This document shows, piece after piece, positions 38,024 to 45,935 of a stretch of 64,000 nt of DNA. Source of the DNA: a virus; the IMG/VR virus record IMGVR_UViG_3300037520_001276, positions 20,397 through 84,396 of that record; one strand, written 5' to 3'. Every line of letters starts with the position of its first letter. The stretch's first letter is position 1. A model generated the notes under the pieces. That model saw only the letters and a program-made list of their open reading frames with translations, had not been told where the DNA came from and searched no databases. The translations under genes were made by a program, and so were the position numbers.

Positions 38024-39840
38024 TTTTGAGGTGATCCTGTTAAAAACGCAACCGCGGCTAAACCATCAAACCCACCACTAGAATTGTCAGGGTTGGCGTT
38101 AGATCCACCAATATTTAAATCTATACTATCCCAACCTGTTAAGTTATATGTTGCATTACCACTAAAATCAACAAGAATTTGATTAACCTCAGATGCCGTC
38201 ATTCCGTTATTTTGTAACCTTATTCTTGAGTTTGTTGAAAATGTTGATCCTGATAATGGTTTAAAATCAACATAGTTAAGACCATTACCGTACAATGTTA
38301 ATGCGGAATCGTTTTCTGAGACACCACCGTTATTAAAAGTATTTATTGTAACCGGAAATAAAACATCGGTTAATCCTGTATTACTAAAAATTTGTATCGA
38401 TCCTGATAAACCAGAAAGTGGTGTCAAGTCATGAGTACCTGTAAGATTACAATTATACGCTAAATAATATGAAAACGTGTTTGCGGAAGATGATGGTCCG
38501 TGTAATATTTGATTTAAATTTGTATTGTTATTACATGCAAAAGACCCACCTAATCCTGTTATTTTTGATAAATCAAGGGTACCTGTTAGATTACAGTTGT
38601 CAACTAAAAATTGATTTGTAACACTTGCAACATTTTGATTATAGGTACATGCACTACTAAAAGTTATACCTGTTAAATTTGGGTTTAAGGATATATCAAA
38701 TCTACCACCTAATCTACCTGTAAATCCACTTAAATTTAAATTACCTGTTAAATCACACTCACTTAAAAGTATTGATCTGAAATTTTTTGTTGTTGAAGTA
38801 AAAAATACGGATGTTAATCCTGTGTTGAATCTTAAATCAATTTCACCAACACTAGAAGAACCACCAAAGTTTGGAAAAATTGATAAATCTAAGGTACCTT
38901 GTAAGTTGCAACCCGCAAAGTCAAAATTTGTAATTCCGTTTGATATACAAGAATTTGTAGGGCTTGAAAATATTGCGGCTTGTGTTGGTAAAGTAATACC
39001 GGTCAAATTTGGATTGGTTCTAAAACTAATATTAACAGGAAACCCTGACAACATGGATAAATTTAAATTTCCTGTTATATTATTATTTTGACCAAATAAT
39101 TGTGGTGATCCGACGGAAGCCACTCTAGCACCAACATTAGGAAACGTAACTCCAGTTAAAAAAAAGTTACTAGATATATCAAAACTATAGGTTGTGACAT
39201 TCATTCTATTATTCATACAAGAAAAATCTAAATCACCTATTAATCTATTATTACTAAAATCAATATTTCTTGGAGATCCTGCAATATAGAGACTTGGTAA
39301 AGTTATAGATGATAATGATAGGTTATCTAATACGTCAATATCTCTCACTCTATTAAACATTGAAATATCTAAATCTTTTAATCCTGTTGATTGTAACCCA
39401 TACGAAACCGACAAATTATACAAAGAATTTGTTATTCCCTTCCAATTTTGTGGGTTTGTCACCCCTGTTAAACTATTTGTTCCAACAATACTGAATTGGG
39501 CCTCAATTTTATTCCATTTTGAAAAATCAAGATTTCCAATTAAACCTGGACCTGCCTGTATGCTTGTTCGACCTATTTCTCCTGTGTTGAAAGTTTTTAT
39601 TTGGGCTATTTTTTCTCCTGCAGTTAATCCTGTAATAATGTAGGGTCTTGTTGTTCCTGTACCACCGGCACTTCTAGTGACTCCACTGTACGATGTAGGA
39701 TACCCACTAATACCAACTAACGCCCTCTTTATTGTCCCATCATCGGCAAAATAATGAGTAAAATTAAATGTTGTGCCGGTAAACCTTATATTAAATATAT
39801 CCTGAGATTTGTTTGTAGAAAAAAATGCTGCTCCTTTCAT
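38005..39840 (-). CDS. LRR/beta-solenoid repeat protein, putative receptor-binding subunit
   Basis: Repeats of CNLTG.LDLS...G......N.NLT.I.FP. Confidence 0.75.
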   Translation of the reverse strand: MKGAAFFSTNKSQDIFNIRFTGTTFNFTHYFADDGTIKRALVGISGYPTSYSGVTRSAGGTGTTRPYIITGLTAGEKIAQIKTFNTGEIGRTSIQAGPGLIGNLDFSKWNKIEAQFSIVGTNSLTGVTNPQNWKGITNSLYNLSVSYGLQSTGLKDLDISMFNRVRDIDVLDNLSLSSITLPSLYIAGSPRNIDFSNNRLIGDLDFSCMNNRMNVTTYSFDISSNFFLTGVTFPNVGARVASVGSPQLFGQNNNITGNLNLSMLSGFPVNISFRTNPNLTGITLPTQAAIFSSPTNSCISNGITNFDFAGCNLQGTLDLSIFPNFGGSSSVGEIDLRFNTGLTSVFFTSTTKNFRSILLSECDLTGNLNLSGFTGRLGGRFDISLNPNLTGITFSSACTYNQNVASVTNQFLVDNCNLTGTLDLSKITGLGGSFACNNNTNLNQILHGPSSSANTFSYYLAYNCNLTGTHDLTPLSGLSGSIQIFSNTGLTDVLFPVTINTFNNGGVSENDSALTLYGNGLNYVDFKPLSGSTFSTNSRIRLQNNGMTASEVNQILVDFSGNATYNLTGWDSIDLNIGGSNANPDNSSGGFDGLAAVAFLTGSPQNWTITY

Positions 39841-39843
39841 TTT

Positions 39844-41853
39844 TTAATTATAATCATTACCTACCGTCCAATAAAGAATATTACCATCATATACACATGA
39901 TAATATATCAACAGCGTTAGGATTACTGGTTAAATAAATCAATCCTCCTCCTCCACTTGATACTTTGTGTCTTCCTGAACCTGAAGTTCCGTTTATTGTT
40001 CCTAACGTGATGGTCCTACTACCAACACTATCTTGAGTTAAAATAATTGTAGCATACTCACCATTTCTTATATTAGATACATTAAGTGTTGTTGTTGTTG
40101 CAGTTAAAGTTGCGGTATAATTGTTACTAACGCCAGAAACGTCCCAATTAATAGTAGATGCGGTTCCAGGATTAAAAAATGGTGGTACAGGTAAGTTTAA
40201 ATATGTTGTTGCTGATATTGTTGTTGCCGTAAAATTACCATAAACAGTAACACCTGAATTGGCAGCAAATAGTAAATTTGATCTGTTCGTTGAACTTAAC
40301 CCATTTCCTATTATAAACGCCCCTTGTGTGGTGTCTCCGGTTGAATTCCATTGTCCTATCGCCATTTGGTAATCACCTCTTGAGTATGTACCTAACCCTT
40401 CTGCGTGTGAATAGTTACCAAATGCCGTTGTTCCACTTCCTTCTGCATGTGAACCTGTTCCTGAAGCGGTAGTATTTCTTCCTTCAGCATGAGAATTAGC
40501 ACCAGACGCAAGTGTAATATGTCCTTCTGAATGTGCATATGATGTTGTTGCTGATGTTTGAAACCCTTCGGCGTGTGAACCCGTTCCTGACGCCCTAGTA
40601 CCACTACCTTCTGAATGTGCGTATGATGTTGTTGCTGATGTTTGAAACCCTTCACTATGAGAACCGACTCCTGATGCTCTTGTAGTAACCCCTTCAGAGT
40701 GAGATGCGATTCCTGTTGCCGTAGTTCCACTACCCTCAGCATGTGATGCGATACTAAGTGTGAAAGTGTTACTACCTTCTGCATGTGACGCAATACCATT
40801 TGCTATTGTATATTCTCCCTCGGCATGTGCGTGTGTGTTTGAGGCCGTAGTCTCATAACCCTCAGCGTGTGACGCTTGTCCTGATGATAATGTTCGTATA
40901 CCTTCTGAATGAGCATATAATGTTGTTGCCGATGTTTGAAACCCTTCGGCGTGTGTATAACTATTTTGTGTAAATGTAAGATTACCCTCTGCGTGTGACC
41001 AATTGCCGGAAGCAATTGTTTGACTACCCTCTGCGTGTGAACCAGAACCTGATGCTGTTGTTTGGGTCCCTTCCGCATGTGAACCACCACCACTTGCAGT
41101 TGTTGTATCACCTTCAGCATGTGATGCAGCACCTGACGCAAGTGTTAATTGTCCCTCAGAATGAGCATAAGTTGTTGTTGCTGATGTTTGGAATCCTTCA
41201 GTATGTGAAGCACCTCCTGACGCCAACGTACTTTCTCCTTCCGCATGTGAACCATAACCTGATGCGAGTGTAAGTTGTCCTTCTGCGTGTGAATAATCTG
41301 TAGTTGCGGATGTTTGAAAACCAAAAGAAATAGATGATTGATCCGAAACTGTAGAACCGGTTGATCTTATTGAGTCATATATTGTTATTGGTGAACATCC
41401 GTGAATATTCGTGACATATAAATCAACTATACAATTTCCTGATCCTCCCGTGAATGTTGTTCCTGAAGCGGTAATTCCTGTAACTTGGAATGTGTTATTT
41501 TGATTATTTGTAAAAGTTAAAGTATCTATTAAAAACGTCCCTCCTGTTACAAAAGTGTCTCCTGTAATTTGTACACCATTAACAAATAAAGTACTAGCAG
41601 ATATTGTATTCGCAGTTAAACCATTTGTGAAGTTAGTTGCCCCACTTACAGTACCCCCACTTAATGGTAAGTAGTCACCTGAAACCGATCCTCCACTAAA
41701 AATACTAGAAAGTTGTTGTAATTCGGCCTTATAAGACGATCCCGCAATATTTTGTGACGGATCACCTGTATAAACAATATGTATGAGTGTCGTCGGCGTT
41801 ATTGCCGATGATTGTGCTAATGTTCTGTCAGTTAATAATTGATATGTTGGCAT
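39844..41853 (-). CDS. Fibre protein with YadA-head-like 14-aa SHAEG repeats
   Basis: About 21 SHAEG/AHSEG units, then FIIGNG..S.NRSN and a C-terminal TQDSVGSRTI...VDILS domain; TATTTAT at 41864-41870. Confidence 0.85.
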   Translation of the reverse strand: MPTYQLLTDRTLAQSSAITPTTLIHIVYTGDPSQNIAGSSYKAELQQLSSIFSGGSVSGDYLPLSGGTVSGATNFTNGLTANTISASTLFVNGVQITGDTFVTGGTFLIDTLTFTNNQNNTFQVTGITASGTTFTGGSGNCIVDLYVTNIHGCSPITIYDSIRSTGSTVSDQSSISFGFQTSATTDYSHAEGQLTLASGYGSHAEGESTLASGGASHTEGFQTSATTTYAHSEGQLTLASGAASHAEGDTTTASGGGSHAEGTQTTASGSGSHAEGSQTIASGNWSHAEGNLTFTQNSYTHAEGFQTSATTLYAHSEGIRTLSSGQASHAEGYETTASNTHAHAEGEYTIANGIASHAEGSNTFTLSIASHAEGSGTTATGIASHSEGVTTRASGVGSHSEGFQTSATTSYAHSEGSGTRASGTGSHAEGFQTSATTSYAHSEGHITLASGANSHAEGRNTTASGTGSHAEGSGTTAFGNYSHAEGLGTYSRGDYQMAIGQWNSTGDTTQGAFIIGNGLSSTNRSNLLFAANSGVTVYGNFTATTISATTYLNLPVPPFFNPGTASTINWDVSGVSNNYTATLTATTTTLNVSNIRNGEYATIILTQDSVGSRTITLGTINGTSGSGRHKVSSGGGGLIYLTSNPNAVDILSCVYDGNILYWTVGNDYN
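40390..41300. repeat. Degenerate coding repeat with a 42-nt period (SHAEG array)
   Basis: Recurring ccttc.gc.tgtga units. Confidence 0.8.
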
Positions 41854-41874
41854 ACTTTATTTTATAAATATTGA

Positions 41875-42162
41875 TTATTGAAAATAATATCCGACACCAT
41901 CCATGAAATCAAAATATATTTCGTCTTGGAATGCTTTTTGACCAACACAATTAAGTATTGTTGAGTAAATACATCCGTTTGTATCGACTATTCTTAAATA
42001 AAGAAAATTTTCATTTGGAAAATAATTTTCCGTATTTATTTCGACTGTTGCCGGTATATATGTTAATCCCGATATATAAAAACACCCTGTATTTGTTGGG
42101 TCACATAAAAATATATCATATGGTTCAAGACCTCCAGTGTCTCCTGTAATTTGTACTAACAT
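41875..42162 (-). CDS. Small fibre adaptor-like protein (paralogue 2)
   Basis: GLEPYDIFLCD....C...VDTNGCIY...FQD.IYFDFMDG; TATTTAT at 42167-42173. Confidence 0.7.
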   Translation of the reverse strand: MLVQITGDTGGLEPYDIFLCDPTNTGCFYISGLTYIPATVEINTENYFPNENFLYLRIVDTNGCIYSTILNCVGQKAFQDEIYFDFMDGVGYYFQ

Positions 42163-42177
42163 ACATATAAATAGTTT

Positions 42178-42465
42178 CTATTCAAAAACCAAAAAGTCTC
42201 CCCCTTCGGTTGTCATCATATCACCTAATTCGGTTAGGATTATGAATGTTTCTAAATCACAAGATATTATCTGAAAATAAATACAACCCGTACTATCAAC
42301 AGATTTTATCATTAAAGTAGTTGCCGTCTGTAATAATGTTGGTAATATATAGATACCCGGTGTTGTCCCTAATAAAGAACAATTATTACCATATTGGTCA
42401 CAAGCATAGAAACTAATCGGTGCGGTACCACCTGAAACACCTGTTATGTCTATTGAATAAGCCAT
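42178..42465 (-). CDS. Small fibre adaptor-like protein (paralogue 3)
   Basis: GTAPISFYACD....C...VDSTGCIY...ILTELGDMMTTEGGDFLVFE. Confidence 0.7.
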   Translation of the reverse strand: MAYSIDITGVSGGTAPISFYACDQYGNNCSLLGTTPGIYILPTLLQTATTLMIKSVDSTGCIYFQIISCDLETFIILTELGDMMTTEGGDFLVFE

Positions 42466-45400
42466 TATACCGGTCCTCCGTCATATATATCCCAACTTTT
42501 AGTTGTTGTTAAATAGTTTCTTGCAGCAGTTGCCGTTGCCCCACTATATTTTGAATTTCCAAATTCTGCGACAACTCCATTTTGTAAAGACGCACCATAT
42601 GATGACCAACCTATTAGTAAATCATTATAACTATCCGTGGTAAATGCGACTACCGTAGGGCTACCATCATTATCTTTTAGGAATTCCGATAACCCCGGAA
42701 AACTAGTAATATCAGTAACATCCCAACTTCCTATGTTATTAACTTCAGTTGCTCCACTAAAGGCGTTATAAAATAATTTTAAAGAAGTTCTACCATTTAG
42801 ATTTGGTGTGTCGATAACATTATCAAATTTTAAATTATAACAACCTCTAAATTCATCGTTAGGTCTTGGTCGGTATCCACCCCACTCGTCGATTGATATA
42901 AATTTCAATCTGTCTGAACCTCTATCATATGGAGAAGTTCCTGGGTATCCGACTTGAAATTCCCAACTAGGTATTAATCCATTATCCGGAAAAATACTAA
43001 TTTGATAAATTCCTGGTGTAGGGTAGGTATGAAGACTGCTGGTTCCCACTAAAGGACTTGTAGTACCATCCCCCCAATGAATACTTCCGTTAGAGAAAGA
43101 CTGCCCAGGTGATGAAAAAGGTAATCTTATAACGTATGGTCCCGATGATGTAATCATTTGGTCTCCAGTTATAGGGTCAATATATGAACCATAAACAATT
43201 CTAGTATCTACAGTAAATCTAAATGCAGGTATCGGTGTTGGAGTCGGTGTTGGAGTCGGTGTTGGAGTTGGTGTTGGTGTTGGAGTCGGAGCAACCGGAT
43301 AAGTGTATATAAATGTATTTGAGTAATCACTTACACCAGCACCGTTACATGTTTGTTTTATTCTAAAATAAACAGTACTTGTTGTTGCTGTTGTTGCTGT
43401 TGTTGGTATTGTTCTATACAAAGAACAAGCACCGGTATTTGAGTTCCATGTTGCCCCACTATTTGTTGAGTACTCAACTGTTGTTGCTAGACAAGGTCCG
43501 CAAGGTAAGTTAAAATAAATACCAAATAATCCTGTCGTATTTATTGGACCTGCACTTGATATTGTTGGTGTACAACATACTACGGTTGGTGTTGACGCTG
43601 TTGATGCACTACCAGTACAAGTGGCGTCGTAATCTATTTGTAATTCTAATTTGTATTCAGAATTACCAATTGGGTCAATGTCTCCCGAACAATTAGACTC
43701 TATGTGTATTGTATTGTTTAACTCATCAATTGTGAAATCACCAACACCATTAATATTTGATAGTAGAAATTCAACGGTACTTAACCATAAACTATCTGAA
43801 GGGATGTCGTCAATATCGGTTATGTTGGCAAATGTTTGCGTATATGCACTACCATTTATAGTGATAGAACAAGTTAAATCGGCATTTAAAATAGTACAAC
43901 CAGTATAACCTGATGTTGCATCCATAAAACCTTCAAAAAACATTTCAGATATTCCTCTTTTTGCACCAACGGTCGTTGTAAATTCATTTTCACATAAATT
44001 ATATGTTTGATATGCTGATATTAAATTACCAATACAAGTAATATTAAAATAATTGGTTTCAGAACACCCATCAATATCGGTAACTGTTAAACTATAAGTT
44101 CCTGCGGTTAATCCCGCAACTGAAGACCCCACAGAACCATTAGACCAAAGGTAAGTAAATGGTGGCGTACCTCCATATATTGAAGTGGATGCGGAACCAA
44201 GAGTTGTTCCAACACAGTTTGTATAATTAATTGCAAAACTAACAGTAGGTGTTGTTGTTATTGAAAAATTTTGACTGACGGTACATCCTTGGTTATCGAC
44301 AACACTTATTGTATAATTCCCTGGTACTAAGCTTGTAAAAGTTTCTGCACTTGATGTTGTGTTTGGTATTACACTATCGTTTATTAATGGTGTATCAATA
44401 TTTTCTAAAACATAGGTTATTGATCCTGTGTATCCTGTACCAACAATTACTTCTACCGAACCGTTTGGTTGTCCACAAGTAGATCCTGTTGTTGTTGCCG
44501 AAACTGTAAATTTTTGTTGTGAATTAATTGTTGCTGTTGTTGTATAAGCACAAGCAGCTCCTGAACCAGATATTAATAAATCATATGTCGCATTACTTAA
44601 ACCTGTTTGTGTAAAACTTTGGTTTGTTCCAAAGTAACTATAAACGGTCCCTCCTGTTTGTGCACTTAAAACATATAGATAATTTTGACTGCCTGTTCCT
44701 AATATTGAAACACTTATTTCTCCGTTATTTTGACTACAAACGGAATTTGTCACATTTAAACTATTTAATGAAAAACCATTTTGCGTGTTTAAAGATCCCG
44801 GTATAGTTAATACACAAAAATTAGCATCTCTAACTAAAATATTATAAATTCCAGCACCTAAATTACTTACAGTAAATGTATTTGATAGTGTATACCCAAC
44901 CTGACCTGTGTTTGCCGAATAAAAATATGGTGATGTTCCTCCTGATATCGTATAGGTTAAACTACCATCAGTCGCAAAACAACTAGGACTAATACTAGTT
45001 AAACCAACAAACCCTAAAGGTTCTGCAATACCTATTGTTTCTTCAACTGTTGTTGAGCAACCTAAACTATCCGTAACCGTACAACTATAAGTCCCTTGAG
45101 TTAGTCCTGTTACGAGTTGTGTTGTTTCTCCATTATCCCATAAATAAGTGAATGGCCCAACACCCGTAAGTCCGGTTACTGCAAGTTTTCCTGTGTTTAT
45201 AACACATGTTGATGCGTTAACTTTCCAAAGTCCAAAATTAACACCAGTAGAATCATAAATTAAAGAGTTTGGTGTATTTGCACTTACCGCACCAAAATCA
45301 AAAATGGTTGAGTAGTATGTACCAGCACTTAAATTAGTAAAGGTGTATGGTAATGTTAATGTTTCTATAACTTGGAAAATAGATCCGTCTTTATATAATA

Positions 45401-45926
45401 TAATATCATAAGGACTATTAATAGATGTTGCACTAACCGTTAGAGATCCGTTTGGTAATCCGCATGTTGTGGTGTCGACATCTGTTATAACTGAAGTAAA
45501 ACATTCAGAAACATATATGTTTATGTATTGCTCATTGTTTTGTAATCCTTGATTATCATTTATTCTAAAGACGTATGTTCCAGCACTAAGTCCTGTGTAT
45601 GTAAATGGTCCGTTACTCGTTTGTAATGGTAAAGTACCTGGAATTATATTATCTATAGTATACGGTAAAACACCACCAAAACCAGTGATTATTGTTGACC
45701 CCGATGTTGAATCACAAACTCCGGTTACAGTAAAAGTAGTACTTAAAATACCTGTATTACAATTTTGTGTACAAGTTATTCCTGTTGCAACGTAAACCCC
45801 ACTTGCACTTCCTGAAAAAGCACCGTCAATACAAATACTTTCACCTAAAGAAATACCCGATTGTAGATTACCACAACAATCAACATAACTGTAAATACCA
45901 TTGGTTAAACCTGAAACACATGCCAT
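42465..45926 (-). CDS. Large mosaic virion protein: SprB repeats, (PT)n tract, PKD-like and BspA/DUF285-like C-terminus
   Basis: About seven SprB-type repeats (GGTPPFTYLWSNG..GLTAGTYSLTVTD..GC); PT tract at 43233-43290; IHWGDGT..HTYPTPGIY; NIGSWDV..YNDLLIGW..WDIYDGG. Confidence 0.8.
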   Translation of the reverse strand: MACVSGLTNGIYSYVDCCGNLQSGISLGESICIDGAFSGSASGVYVATGITCTQNCNTGILSTTFTVTGVCDSTSGSTIITGFGGVLPYTIDNIIPGTLPLQTSNGPFTYTGLSAGTYVFRINDNQGLQNNEQYINIYVSECFTSVITDVDTTTCGLPNGSLTVSATSINSPYDIILYKDGSIFQVIETLTLPYTFTNLSAGTYYSTIFDFGAVSANTPNSLIYDSTGVNFGLWKVNASTCVINTGKLAVTGLTGVGPFTYLWDNGETTQLVTGLTQGTYSCTVTDSLGCSTTVEETIGIAEPLGFVGLTSISPSCFATDGSLTYTISGGTSPYFYSANTGQVGYTLSNTFTVSNLGAGIYNILVRDANFCVLTIPGSLNTQNGFSLNSLNVTNSVCSQNNGEISVSILGTGSQNYLYVLSAQTGGTVYSYFGTNQSFTQTGLSNATYDLLISGSGAACAYTTTATINSQQKFTVSATTTGSTCGQPNGSVEVIVGTGYTGSITYVLENIDTPLINDSVIPNTTSSAETFTSLVPGNYTISVVDNQGCTVSQNFSITTTPTVSFAINYTNCVGTTLGSASTSIYGGTPPFTYLWSNGSVGSSVAGLTAGTYSLTVTDIDGCSETNYFNITCIGNLISAYQTYNLCENEFTTTVGAKRGISEMFFEGFMDATSGYTGCTILNADLTCSITINGSAYTQTFANITDIDDIPSDSLWLSTVEFLLSNINGVGDFTIDELNNTIHIESNCSGDIDPIGNSEYKLELQIDYDATCTGSASTASTPTVVCCTPTISSAGPINTTGLFGIYFNLPCGPCLATTVEYSTNSGATWNSNTGACSLYRTIPTTATTATTSTVYFRIKQTCNGAGVSDYSNTFIYTYPVAPTPTPTPTPTPTPTPTPTPIPAFRFTVDTRIVYGSYIDPITGDQMITSSGPYVIRLPFSSPGQSFSNGSIHWGDGTTSPLVGTSSLHTYPTPGIYQISIFPDNGLIPSWEFQVGYPGTSPYDRGSDRLKFISIDEWGGYRPRPNDEFRGCYNLKFDNVIDTPNLNGRTSLKLFYNAFSGATEVNNIGSWDVTDITSFPGLSEFLKDNDGSPTVVAFTTDSYNDLLIGWSSYGASLQNGVVAEFGNSKYSGATATAARNYLTTTKSWDIYDGGPV

Positions 45927-45935
45927 ATTTTATAA

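Noticed and set aside
40390-41300. Regularly spaced repeats resembling a CRISPR array
   Set aside because: The 42-nt period is in frame with third-position variation, so it is a SHAEG protein repeat; no cas operon
33306-41853. Duplicated fibre segment as a DGR template/variable pair or invertible cassette
   Set aside because: The shared part is N-terminal, in direct orientation and differs mostly at synonymous sites rather than adenines; no reverse transcriptase or invertase in the window
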